Of a DNA stretch of 45,981 nucleotides, positions 25,364 through 33,910 are shown in pieces (the stretch's first letter is position 1; each line of letters starts with the position of its first letter). The position numbers and the translations under genes are program-made. The notes below the pieces were generated by a model. It was given only the letters and a program-made list of their open reading frames with translations, ran no database searches and had not been told where the DNA came from. The stretch is taken from assembly GCA_964515645.1 (NCBI GenBank), contig CAZEVM010000005.1, positions 1 to 45,981 on the forward strand, in the 5' to 3' direction. This stretch comes from an uncultured Candidatus Peribacteria bacterium. GTDB taxonomy: Bacteria > Patescibacteriota > Gracilibacteria > Peribacterales > Peribacteraceae.

Positions 25364-27364
25364 GTGAACATCCTTCATCTCCTCCACCGGCTCCGCGACG
25401 TTCTGCCTTCATGGCAGGAGCGTCTTGCGGCGTGCAAGGAAAAGACAGAAAATGACATCCTGGAGCCAAAAAAACTGGCCAATCTCCGCCAAAACCTAGA
25501 ACCGAGTGCTGCCGCCAAGGCCCGCGTTTGGCAGCAGATTCAGGCCAACATGGAACCTCAGCGCGCCAACGATCTGCTCACCCAAGTAAGCCGCTGGCTC
25601 GAGCCCGATAGCGCCCTGCAGACCCGCGTCCGCACCCTGATGACATCCCGACTGGCACCGGCGCCGGCCCCAGCTGGCGGACTGGGCTTTGCCAAGTGGA
25701 CAGTGGCCTTCCTCATCTTCGCCCTCGTCATCAAGAGCAGTCCGCTCCTGTTCATCGCCCCCCGCACCATTGCCGCCACCTCGGTCTCGGTCTCGGCTAC
25801 GCGCGGCACCGTTTCGATCGGCGATGAGGGCCTCCTCCAGCCGGTCACTGGCGAAGTGACGCTTGAGGCCGCCGGCCGCGTCACCACTGGCGACGGCGAG
25901 GCCACGCTCATCTTGCACACCTATGGCGTCGTGCGCCTGGCACCGAACACCGTCATTACCATCGAGGACCTTGCCCACCATCCCACCCTGCCAGTCACCG
26001 GCTCCCTCGCCGAAGGCACGGCCTGGGTCTACGGCCTCGTCCCCAACAGTATCGCCGGTATCAGCATCGAGACACCCGTCGGCATTGTCACCGTCAACGA
26101 AGGCAGTGCCAACCTGACAGTTCGCGGCTCGACGCTCACGGTCGACGCCTGGGACCGCGCCGTGCGTGTGGCCATCAACGGCGAAGAGTACATTCTCCAG
26201 AACGCCCAGCGCCTGGTGGCCGCCGCCGATGCCGCACCTCGCATCTCCACCTTGGACCCGTCCTCGGATGACGCTTGGGTGGCCGAGAACTTCACGCGTG
26301 ACGCCGCCCACCGCCGCGAACTGGCCCAGTGGCAGCGCGAGATCCGCGTGGCCAATGCCGGCATCTTACCCACCTCGCCGCTCTACCCCGTGAAGCGCGC
26401 AGCCGAAGCTGTGGACCTACTGCTCACCTTCAGCGGCGAAGCCCGCGCCCAGAAGACGCTCGCCCTAGCTGAGACGCGCCTGAACGAAGCCGTCGCCCTA
26501 TTGGCCGAACAGCCCACTAACCCCGTCGCCACGACGTCCGAAGTACTCCGCCTGGCCGCCAGCGGCGCCACCATGCCGTCCGTCACCGATGATGCTACGG
26601 GCAGCGGCGCTATGGTCCGCTCACTCCTTGACGAGTACCGCAGCACTATCCTCACTCTGGCCGAACGCACTGCCGATGTCACCAGCTCGGGTGCCACCAC
26701 TGCCGCCATCGTGACCAACGAGCTCGCCTCGAGCACTGTCGAGCTCGCTGCCGCCCTGCCGAGTGACGCCGCCTATCCGCTCAAGCAAGCCGTGTTAGCC
26801 ACCACTGCCGCCCTGCCGGAGACGGCCAACGAACCGCAGATCGAGCGTGAGACCGTACTCCTCGATGCTCTCGTCTCGCTGCGCACCTCGCTGCAGGCCG
26901 AACCCGAGACCGACCTCTCCGATCTGGCTGACCTCACGCCGCTGCTTGGTGAACTGCGCTCCGACATCGAGGAAAACTCGGCCGAGATCCAGCGCGAGGC
27001 CACGGCCCTGGAACAGACCATCGCTTCGCTCACCCGTCAGCGCCGCGACGAAACGCCGGTGGAGACCGCTTCCCGCCGTGGCCCGACCACGCCGAACCCG
27101 CTGCCTCGCCTCTCCGAGCTGGAGATCGAGAACCTCGTGGCCCACATCATCGCCAACATCGAGATCTACCGTTTGCCCGCCTCGCGCTTCAATCAGCTGG
27201 TGGCCGAACTGCGCGCCATCGAGGGTACGCCCGACGAGGGACAGGTGCTCCGCCGCCTCGACGCCGCCATCACCGACGAACCCGGTCTGACCGCTCGCAT
27301 CCAGGCCCGCATGCGCCAGCTCAAGGAGCAGCGTGCAGCGGAAAATAGCCAGAAAGCCGACTAA
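25364..27364 (+). CDS. membrane protein with a FecR-like domain and a DUF5667-like helical C-terminal region (putative anti-sigma / sigma-partner)
   Basis: It lies immediately downstream of the ECF sigma gene and has a single TM helix (WTVAFLIFALVIKSSPLLFIA). A FecR-like beta region follows (GTVSIGDEGLLQPVTGEVTLEAAGRVTTGDGEATLILHTYGVVRLAPNTVITIED), then PTSPLYPVKRAAEAVDLLL. The start is uncertain: GTG 25364 is preferred over TTG 25286, which overlaps the sigma gene. Confidence 0.65.
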   Translation: MNILHLLHRLRDVLPSWQERLAACKEKTENDILEPKKLANLRQNLEPSAAAKARVWQQIQANMEPQRANDLLTQVSRWLEPDSALQTRVRTLMTSRLAPAPAPAGGLGFAKWTVAFLIFALVIKSSPLLFIAPRTIAATSVSVSATRGTVSIGDEGLLQPVTGEVTLEAAGRVTTGDGEATLILHTYGVVRLAPNTVITIEDLAHHPTLPVTGSLAEGTAWVYGLVPNSIAGISIETPVGIVTVNEGSANLTVRGSTLTVDAWDRAVRVAINGEEYILQNAQRLVAAADAAPRISTLDPSSDDAWVAENFTRDAAHRRELAQWQREIRVANAGILPTSPLYPVKRAAEAVDLLLTFSGEARAQKTLALAETRLNEAVALLAEQPTNPVATTSEVLRLAASGATMPSVTDDATGSGAMVRSLLDEYRSTILTLAERTADVTSSGATTAAIVTNELASSTVELAAALPSDAAYPLKQAVLATTAALPETANEPQIERETVLLDALVSLRTSLQAEPETDLSDLADLTPLLGELRSDIEENSAEIQREATALEQTIASLTRQRRDETPVETASRRGPTTPNPLPRLSELEIENLVAHIIANIEIYRLPASRFNQLVAELRAIEGTPDEGQVLRRLDAAITDEPGLTARIQARMRQLKEQRAAENSQKAD

Positions 27365-27488
27365 AGGCAGGGTTGACGGGGTTTGAAAGGATGAGCAGAC
27401 TGTCATCATCACGGTCACGGTCATGGACCGTAGCCAATCCTTCAGCCAGGGCAGGCTCTTTTGCCACCCTGCACTTCCTCTCAACGCT

Positions 27489-28052
27489 ATGTACACCATC
27501 ACCGATCTCAAGCCCGGCCGCGCTATCACCGTTGATGGTGAGCCTTACCTCGTCGTCAGCTCCCAGTTTGGCCGCAAGAGCCAGAGCAAGGCGAACATGC
27601 AGTGCAAACTGAAGCACCTCAAGACGGGCGCCGTCCTGGCTAAGAACTTCCAGGGATCGGAGAAGATCGAGCCCGCCGACGTGGGCTACCGCCGCGTGCA
27701 GTTCCTCTTCAAGGCCGGTGACGAGTTCACCTTCATGGACCAGGAGAGCTACGACCAGTTCGTACTGCGCGCTGACGCGCTGGAGGACATCATCCCCTTC
27801 CTCATTGAAGGCGGAGAGGTGGATGCTGTGATGTACAACGACCTGCCGATCGGTATCCAGCTGAAGGCGACGGTGGAAATGAAGGTCATCGACACTATCC
27901 CGGGCGTGAAGGGCGACACCGCCACCGGCGGCTCCAAGCCTGCCACCCTCGAGAGCGGCCTCGTCGTAAACGTGCCCCTCTTCATCAACGTCGGCGAAAA
28001 GGTGAAGGTGAACACGGAGACGCAGGAGTACATGAGCCGCGTGAACGACTAA
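27489..28052 (+). CDS. efp: translation elongation factor P
   Basis: DLKPGRAITVDGEPYLVV and C-terminal PGVKGDTATGGSKPATLESGLVVNVPLFI motifs; 187 aa from ATG 27489. Confidence 0.9.
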   Translation: MYTITDLKPGRAITVDGEPYLVVSSQFGRKSQSKANMQCKLKHLKTGAVLAKNFQGSEKIEPADVGYRRVQFLFKAGDEFTFMDQESYDQFVLRADALEDIIPFLIEGGEVDAVMYNDLPIGIQLKATVEMKVIDTIPGVKGDTATGGSKPATLESGLVVNVPLFINVGEKVKVNTETQEYMSRVND

Positions 28053-28121
28053 TTTTGAGTCGTTTTACCGCTGCATAACCCCTTGGGAGGCGCCTCAGCG
28101 CCTGGTAGTCTTTGCCTGCCC

Positions 28122-29573
28122 ATGGCAAAGGAACTCGAAGTGATCATCGGCCTGGAAGTGCACGCCCAAGTCGCCACCAAGACAAAGATGTTCTGCGGCT
28201 GCGACAATGACGCTTTTGAGAAGGAACCGAACACGACCGTCTGCCCCATCTGCATGGGCCACCCCGGCACGCTCCCCGTCCCCAACGCCGAGGCCGTGCG
28301 CCTGGCCGTGCGCGCCTCGCTGGCGCTCGGTTGCACCGTGCATCCCGACTGCCACTTTGACCGCAAGCACTACTTCTATCCGGACCTGCCCTCGGGCTTC
28401 CAGATTTCGCAGTACGACTTCCCGCTGGCCACCGAAGGCGCCGTGGAATACGACCAGGTGGCCGCCGACGGGGCGACGACGGAGACGAAGACCTGCCGCA
28501 TCCACCGTCTGCACCTGGAGAACGACGCCGGCAAGCTGACGCACCGCGGATTGCAGACCCTCTGCGATTACAACCGCGCCGGCACGCCGCTGATGGAGAT
28601 CGTCACCAAGCCCGACCTCCGCTCGGCCGACGAGGCCAGCGCTTTCGCCCAGGAGCTTCGCCGCATTCTCATCGCGGTCGGCGCCTCCGAGGCCGACATG
28701 TTCAAAGGCATGATGCGCTTCGATGCCTCCATCTCCTTGCGGGAAAAGGGAACAGAGAAGCTCAACCCCCGCAGCGAGATCAAGAACCTGAACTCCTTCA
28801 AGGCACTCGAGCGCGCGCTCGCCTACGAGGAGCGCCGCCTGCGCGACCTCTGGGAAGAGACCGGCGGCCCGCTCAAGGGCGATATCACCGTCGGCTGGCA
28901 GGACGACGAGGGCGTCACGCGCATGCTCCGCGATAAGGAATCGGCCCAGGACTACCGCTACTTCCCCGAGCCGGACATCCCGCCGCTGTCGTTCTCCGAA
29001 GAATCGCTCAAGAAGGCCCTCGAAGAGCTCCCCCTGCTCCCCCGCGCCCTGCAAAAGCGCTACGGCGAGCTAGGCCTGAACCCAGCCGAACAGCGCCTGG
29101 TGCTCGATGATGCCAAGCTCCGCGAGCGTTACGACGCCGTGTACTTCGTCACCAAAGATGGCCGCCGCGCCTCGAGCCTCGTGTTGACGCAGATGCTCGG
29201 CTTCCTGAATGCCCAGAACAAGACGACGGCCGAGGCCCCGGAAATCCAGGGACTCCTAGAGCTGGTAGCCGCCATCGACGACGGCACCATCAGCGGCAAC
29301 ACCGCCAAGCAGGTACTCGAACTCATGGTCCAGACCGGCAAGCTCCCGCGCGCGATCATCGCCGAGCAGGGCATGGGACAGATCAGTGACGATGGCGCGC
29401 TCAAGAAGATGGTGGAGGACGCGCTGGCCGCCAATCCCAAGGCTCTCGAAGACTTCAAGGCGGGCAAGGCCGCGGCGCTGGGCGCCATTGTCGGCGCGGT
29501 GATGAAAGCCTCCAAGGGCCAGGCCAACCCGGCCAAGGTGCAGGAGATCTTGAAGACGGTGGTGGGCGCATAA
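28122..29573 (+). CDS. gatB: Asp/Glu-tRNA(Asn/Gln) amidotransferase subunit B
   Basis: VIIGLEVHAQV..KMFCGC, CPICMGHPGTLP and NRAGTPLMEIV motifs, plus a C-terminal YqeY-like tail. ATG 28122 is preceded by TGgTAGTCT. Confidence 0.92.
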   Translation: MAKELEVIIGLEVHAQVATKTKMFCGCDNDAFEKEPNTTVCPICMGHPGTLPVPNAEAVRLAVRASLALGCTVHPDCHFDRKHYFYPDLPSGFQISQYDFPLATEGAVEYDQVAADGATTETKTCRIHRLHLENDAGKLTHRGLQTLCDYNRAGTPLMEIVTKPDLRSADEASAFAQELRRILIAVGASEADMFKGMMRFDASISLREKGTEKLNPRSEIKNLNSFKALERALAYEERRLRDLWEETGGPLKGDITVGWQDDEGVTRMLRDKESAQDYRYFPEPDIPPLSFSEESLKKALEELPLLPRALQKRYGELGLNPAEQRLVLDDAKLRERYDAVYFVTKDGRRASSLVLTQMLGFLNAQNKTTAEAPEIQGLLELVAAIDDGTISGNTAKQVLELMVQTGKLPRAIIAEQGMGQISDDGALKKMVEDALAANPKALEDFKAGKAAALGAIVGAVMKASKGQANPAKVQEILKTVVGA

Positions 29574-29600
29574 AAAAAACCCGCCGGAAGTCCGGCGGGT
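29572..29600. terminator. bidirectional hairpin between gatB and the convergent gene, with a T8 run on the minus strand
   Basis: AAAAAAAA-CCCGCCGG-AAGT-CCGGCGGG. Read on the minus strand the stem is followed by TTTTTTTT. Confidence 0.75.
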
Positions 29601-29609
29601 CAGTCTCTT

Positions 29610-30104
29610 TCACGAGCTACGAATGTACCGCGAGAGGCAATACTTCTGGGGCGAATTTCCGAACCGCTTCACCAACTGCAGGCGGCGGTCGATGCCGATC
29701 GTCACGGCGAGGTCGGAATGCCTGCAGAAGACGATCTGGTTCGTGACACCCTTGGGGCGGGGCAACAGGCTCTCGCCCGTGCCCATCATGTGGATCATCG
29801 CGGCAACGATGACCAGGGGCAGCGGCGCCAGGACCCAGTCATTCCGCAGATCGGGTTCGTCTACCAGGCGGAGGCTGTACGAACCGCCGGACGTGACATA
29901 GCGCTCGGGGGTGATGTGCGCCGGATCGATGTCGTGCCAGCGGCGGCCGTGCTCATGCCGGAGAAAATACTCAACATTCTGTCCGGGATGATTGAACACT
30001 AACTCATCATCACCACCTTGGAGCATGACCACTTCGTACGGCGGCTGAAGTCCACCGGTTTCCCAAATCTGTTTCACGATCCGTTCGGAATACACATACA
30101 TCAT
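29610..30104 (-). CDS. hypothetical protein (164 aa)
   Basis: The ORF has its own AT-rich promoter, a long structured leader and a terminator. It has one hydrophobic stretch (WVLAPLPLVIVAAMIHMMG). I recognise no family. Confidence 0.6.
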   Translation of the reverse strand: MMYVYSERIVKQIWETGGLQPPYEVVMLQGGDDELVFNHPGQNVEYFLRHEHGRRWHDIDPAHITPERYVTSGGSYSLRLVDEPDLRNDWVLAPLPLVIVAAMIHMMGTGESLLPRPKGVTNQIVFCRHSDLAVTIGIDRRLQLVKRFGNSPQKYCLSRYIRSS

Positions 30105-30232
30105 GACCGTCCCCAGTGCGGGACACCGACAGGTACCGTCGGCACGGTCTTGCCTCAGTTTCTGAGAGGCAAGCGGCTTAGGAACGCGAGAATTCCCAAA
30201 GCGCTTGCCTCGGAGCGGTGTGAAAGGACATT
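30105..30232 (-). promoter_or_regulatory. structured 5' leader of about 125 nt with mutually exclusive hairpins
   Basis: Three segments on the plus strand can pair alternatively. These are CTTGCCTC (30149-30156), GAGGCAAGCG (30166-30175) and CGCTTGCCTC (30202-30211). The middle segment pairs with either flank (8 or 10 bp). Two further small hairpins lie next to the start codon. Confidence 0.5.
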
Positions 30233-30233
30233 G

Positions 30234-30264
30234 GTTATAGTAAATTATTTTTGTTTTTTGTCAA
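30234..30264 (-). promoter_or_regulatory. AT-rich promoter TTGACA-N19-TATAAC on the minus strand
   Basis: On the minus strand, TTGACA lies at 30264-30259 and TATAAC at 30239-30234, in an A/T-rich block immediately after the def stop. Confidence 0.45.
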
Positions 30265-30265
30265 A

Positions 30266-30748
30266 TCACATCTCCTCTCCCCCGTGCTTGGGCTCCTTCT
30301 TTTTCTTGGTGGAATAATCGACGATCAGGACGCCATCCAAATGATCCACCTCGTGCTGGATGACGCGGGCGTTCATGTCCGAGAGGCGCAGCTCCTGCTG
30401 CTTACCGTTCACGTCGAGGAACTTCACACCGATCGCCTTGTCGCGCTGCACCATCACGTATTCATGCGGCAGACTCAGGCAGCCCTCTTCATCGCGCACC
30501 ATCTCGCCGGAGCGCCAGGTGATCTCCGGATTCACCAGGCCCACCAGGCGATCATTGAGCACGGCCACGATCACACGCTCCGAGACGCCGATCTGCGGCG
30601 CAGCCAACCCCTGGCCATCGGCCATGATGCAGGTCTCAGCCATGTCCTTGAGCAACTCCTGGACCTCCTTGGTCACCTTGGCCACCGGCTTGGCTTTCGC
30701 CCGCAGGACAGGAGTATTTTCGCCGGTGACGATCTCGCGCTTGGGCAT
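30266..30748 (-). CDS. def: peptide deformylase
   Basis: GLAAPQIG, EGCLSLP and HEVDHLDG motifs; 160 aa. Confidence 0.93.
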   Translation of the reverse strand: MPKREIVTGENTPVLRAKAKPVAKVTKEVQELLKDMAETCIMADGQGLAAPQIGVSERVIVAVLNDRLVGLVNPEITWRSGEMVRDEEGCLSLPHEYVMVQRDKAIGVKFLDVNGKQQELRLSDMNARVIQHEVDHLDGVLIVDYSTKKKKEPKHGGEEM

Positions 30749-30793
30749 GTCGAACTGGGCTAGTGTACGCGACGACGATGGGTCGCCTCAATG

Positions 30794-31393
30794 TCAGCGA
30801 CGAGCGGCCACAGGGGCTTTGGCAGCCGCTAGGGCCAATCCAGCGACGCGTCGCAGCTGCTCGATGGTCGAGACCTTCGCCTGCGGCAGCATGGCCACGA
30901 GCGCATCGGCGGTGAGCAGCACGTCGGGCAACGCGCGGTGGCGATCCTTCGGAATCTCCAAGTTGAGCCGCGTACCCACCTGGTCGAGCGTGTGGCGGAA
31001 GGCGGTCGGCCAGATGTGCTGCGAGAGCTTCATGGTGCAGAAGGCCTCAGGCAGCTCCAGGTAGCCCCAGCAGAACTCCTTTTCCGTCTCCAAGAAGGAC
31101 ATGTCGAAATTGGCGTTGTGGGCCACCAGATAGGTTCCCTGGGCGAATTCGAGGAATTGCGGCAGTACCGCCATGATGGTGGGCGCGCCGGCCACGTCTT
31201 CGTCGCTGATGTGCGTGATCTGCTTCACCTCCGCGGGGATGTCGCGCTCGGGATTCACGAACGTGCAGAAGGTTTTCTCCCGCTGCACTTGGCCATTCTC
31301 AATGCGCACGGCGCCGAGCTCTGTAATACGGTGGCCGCGCTTGGGATCGAGACCGGTCGTCTCGACGTCGAAGACAGTGAAACTCGGGAGCAT
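30794..31393 (-). CDS. DnaQ-like DEDDh 3'-5' exonuclease (DNA polymerase III epsilon family)
   Basis: FTVFDVETTGL (Exo I), LVAHNANFDMSFL (Exo II) and HRALPDVLLTADAL (Exo III). The start was set to ATG 31393, with a TAGAGT -10 lying 10 nt upstream. Confidence 0.85.
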   Translation of the reverse strand: MLPSFTVFDVETTGLDPKRGHRITELGAVRIENGQVQREKTFCTFVNPERDIPAEVKQITHISDEDVAGAPTIMAVLPQFLEFAQGTYLVAHNANFDMSFLETEKEFCWGYLELPEAFCTMKLSQHIWPTAFRHTLDQVGTRLNLEIPKDRHRALPDVLLTADALVAMLPQAKVSTIEQLRRVAGLALAAAKAPVAARR

Positions 31394-31571
31394 GTCGGCC
31401 CAGACTCTACGCACCAGGCGAGTTCGAATCCAGCGCGATTTTAGGCCGCTAAACCTCTCATTTCTCGTCATATCGAGAAAACATTTATTGAACTATGGCA
31501 AGAGTAAGGACTTGTCGATGGGCGACCCGGGCTTTAGGGTCGACGTCCGGCATTTCTTTCCCCTTTTTTCT

Positions 31572-31982
31572 ATGCAAAAGATGCTTTTCCCTGCCGTCCT
31601 CGCCGCCGCTCTTCTGAGCGCTTGCAGCATGAATGGAACCACTACGACCGGTAGCGGCGCCACGATGTCCGCCTCGGGCGCCGTGATGTCCGCCGACAAC
31701 TCTTCTGCCCTGTCCTCGTCGTCGGAGATGGCCGCCAAGGCCAACATGATCGGCGTCACGATGCGTGGCGGCGTCATGTACACCCTCTGGAGCGACAGCT
31801 CGATCCAGGAGCTCACCGAGGACATGGTCCTCAGCAACGGCACCGTCGTGAAGAAGGACGGTAACGTCGTGCTCGTGGGTGGTAAAACCCAGATGATGGT
31901 CGACGGCGACATGGTCACCCGCGAGGGCGCCATGACGACCGATGACAGCAACGCCATGCGCGATGGCGCCGACCAAGAGTAA
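31572..31982 (+). CDS. small lipoprotein (136 aa)
   Basis: Signal peptide with lipobox (MQKMLFPAVLAAALLSAC), a Ser/Thr-rich linker, then a Gly/Val/Met-rich repeat-like domain. The start was set to ATG 31572. Confidence 0.7.
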   Translation: MQKMLFPAVLAAALLSACSMNGTTTTGSGATMSASGAVMSADNSSALSSSSEMAAKANMIGVTMRGGVMYTLWSDSSIQELTEDMVLSNGTVVKKDGNVVLVGGKTQMMVDGDMVTREGAMTTDDSNAMRDGADQE

Positions 31983-32004
31983 TCCTGCTCGTCGATTCGG
32001 AATC

Positions 32005-32030
32005 AAACGCCCGGGCAACCGGGCGTTTTT
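32005..32030. terminator. bidirectional rho-independent terminator
   Basis: AAACGCCCGG-GCAA-CCGGGCGTTTTTGTG between the convergent lipoprotein and thyX-like genes. Confidence 0.8.
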
Positions 32031-32035
32031 GTGTC

Positions 32036-33331
32036 TCAGGCGTCCTTGCGGACGATGTCCTGATTGCCGCGCTTAATGTTCCACGTGCCCGGCGAGGTGT
32101 CGTGATGCATCACAAGACCAGGCACGGCCTGCGCGAGCGCGTCGCCCATGCGCTGGGCCTGCACACGCAGGGTGGGGTGCACGGTATCGGCGGCGCGCAG
32201 CTCGGCGATGTACACGGCCGAGGGCAGCGAACAGGTCATGACCACGGCCACGGTGTAGCCCATGCCGATGTAGTACTGGCGGATCTCCTCGCTGCACGAC
32301 AGGGCGGCAATGCGCGCCTCCTGCTCTTTCAGGAAATTTTCAGCCTCGGTGCGCAATTCGGGCGTGAGTTGCTCCAGGTACCACCCCTCGAAGCCGTGCT
32401 TGGTGGTGAGCAGCGGCATCTCCTGCACGGCGCTGCGCTGGCGCTGCAGATCGCGGTAGGAACCGAAGTCGAGCGGAAAGCGGAAGACAATGTCGCCGTA
32501 CTGGCGCAGGCGATTATGAAGCTCGGCCTTGGGCGGACGAGCGGAGAGCAGGTCCTGGTGCTTTTTGAGTCCCTGTAGATCGAGGCGGACCGCATAGGAG
32601 AACTCTTTGGACGGCGCCTCGGTGCAGTAGGCGAAGGCAGCCATGGATTGCTCCACGTAGGCCTCTTCAGCCTCGTACGCTTTATGGAGGAAGCTCGACT
32701 GGTACTTGGCCTGCAGCGCGCCAAGGATGGCGGCGGCCGTCTCGCGCACCTCGGGCAGCGGGTGGTGGCGCATCTCCTTCAGGTGGTCATGCGCCTGGCG
32801 CAGGTTGGTGTGCCAGCTGGCGAAGGTGGTGGCACCGGCCGGCAGGAAGCCGCGAGCGATATCGAAGGCGCGGGCCTTGATCGCCTTCTCGTAGAGAGAC
32901 TCCTTCTGCCCTTCTTCAATCGGGAAACGCAGCTTGAGAGCAGGCACGAGGGTCTCGAGGGCGTGCACGTAGAACGCCCGCCACTTCTCCTGGATCTCAG
33001 CGCCCTCGGGCGTGCCGAGCGGATTGAGCATTTCCTGCTTAGCCATGTCGAGATAGCGCGTGGACGCCTCCTGGCCGCTGTAGAGCGGCCAATCCTGCAC
33101 CGCCTTGGCCACGAGCATGCTCACGTTCTCCACGAAGATGGAGACCGAGCCGCAGTCGCCGATCGACTTATGGCCGTAGCCGACGTAGTAGTTGGCCATG
33201 AACTTCTCCGCGCCCACGGTGCGCACCTGCTCGAGGTGCTCCACGACACTCTTGGGGCTGCGCGAATAGAGCGCCTGCAACATGGCGTTGGCCTCCGGCG
33301 GCACGTCGTCGATGACGAAAATCTCGCGCAT
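32036..33331 (-). CDS. thyX: long ThyX-like (Thy1-fold, tandem) flavin-dependent thymidylate synthase family protein
   Basis: The N-half HKSIGDCGSVSIFVENVSMLVAKAVQDWPLYSGQEASTRYL resembles the ThyX core ending in Q-S-x-RY. The C-half has YRDLQRQRSAVQE where RHR-x7-S is expected. At 431 aa it is about twice a canonical ThyX. TGgTACTCT-N6 precedes the ATG. Confidence 0.55.
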   Translation of the reverse strand: MREIFVIDDVPPEANAMLQALYSRSPKSVVEHLEQVRTVGAEKFMANYYVGYGHKSIGDCGSVSIFVENVSMLVAKAVQDWPLYSGQEASTRYLDMAKQEMLNPLGTPEGAEIQEKWRAFYVHALETLVPALKLRFPIEEGQKESLYEKAIKARAFDIARGFLPAGATTFASWHTNLRQAHDHLKEMRHHPLPEVRETAAAILGALQAKYQSSFLHKAYEAEEAYVEQSMAAFAYCTEAPSKEFSYAVRLDLQGLKKHQDLLSARPPKAELHNRLRQYGDIVFRFPLDFGSYRDLQRQRSAVQEMPLLTTKHGFEGWYLEQLTPELRTEAENFLKEQEARIAALSCSEEIRQYYIGMGYTVAVVMTCSLPSAVYIAELRAADTVHPTLRVQAQRMGDALAQAVPGLVMHHDTSPGTWNIKRGNQDIVRKDA

Positions 33332-33387
33332 GGACGGAGAGTACCACGAAGTACGCCTCAGCCGAGACGATCGTGGAAATGGCGATC

Positions 33388-33756
33388 TTAGGCCTTTTGT
33401 GACTCCGGCTTACTGGTGATCCAGCTCGTCACCACACGCTCGAACGCTTCGTGGAAGACAGCGGTTGTGATCGGGATCGCGCCGTACGTCTCGGCATTCA
33501 CTTCCATGTGCCGACGCACGGTCTCAGCAAAGCGAAGAGCTTGATCACGCTCCATGTAAATGCCAGTCGGTTGGCGCTTCTCCCAGTAATCCATGGCTGC
33601 ACGAGCGATGAGGCCACGATAAAATCCGTCGACGACATCCTGGTAGCGATAGATGCGCTCCTGGACGACGGCATCCGCTGTCTCAGCGACGACAGGCGTG
33701 GCGGCCTCGAGGGTTTCCCCGGCAGGGGGAGGGTCTTCTTCGGGAAGTTGATGCAT
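33388..33756 (-). CDS. hypothetical protein (122 aa)
   Basis: It has an acidic N-terminus and a helical remainder. TGtTATTCT lies 8 nt before the ATG. I recognise no family. Confidence 0.6.
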   Translation of the reverse strand: MHQLPEEDPPPAGETLEAATPVVAETADAVVQERIYRYQDVVDGFYRGLIARAAMDYWEKRQPTGIYMERDQALRFAETVRRHMEVNAETYGAIPITTAVFHEAFERVVTSWITSKPESQKA

Positions 33757-33802
33757 GGGACGCGGAGAATAACACCCTGAGGCGGTGGCGCAAGAAAAAC
33801 TT

Positions 33803-33811
33803 TGCTATGCT
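33803..33811 (+). promoter_or_regulatory. extended -10 (TGcTATGCT) 6 nt before ATG 33818
   Basis: TG-C-TATGCT-cccggc-ATG has the same geometry as the other leaderless genes, but it points at the upstream copy of the yebC start. Confidence 0.5.
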
Positions 33812-33817
33812 CCCGGC

Positions 33818-33910
33818 ATGTCTGGACATAGTAAATGGCACCCTGCTTCACTCCTTCGGAGCTACGCCGGGGCAAGCAACATCTCCCCTACCTCACATGT
33901 CAGGTCATAG
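33818..33910 (+). other. 30-codon uORF whose first 8 codons duplicate the yebC start (MSGHSKWH)
   Basis: ATGTCTGGACATAGTAAATGGCAC at 33818-33841 compared with ATGTCAGGTCATAGTAAGTGGCAC at 33897-33920. There are 3 differences, all synonymous. The uORF runs in another frame and ends at TAG 33908-33910, overlapping the yebC ATG region. Confidence 0.6.

Noticed and set aside
31410-31440. GAGTTCGAATCC, a tRNA T-loop-like motif that could suggest a tRNA gene or a tRNA-derived att remnant.
   Set aside because: The flanking 5-nt arms pair at only 3 of 5 positions. No acceptor, D or anticodon arms can be drawn on either strand. The motif sits in the promoter region of the exonuclease gene.
33807-33896. 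Track start at 33807 for yebC. The same class of N-terminal over-extension occurs at 11788, 12056, 27423, 28083, 31173, 31471, 41069 and 45014.
   Set aside because: The extensions run through promoter boxes or the neighbouring gene, have odd composition, and conserved protein N-termini begin at internal start codons that have the leaderless -10 geometry.
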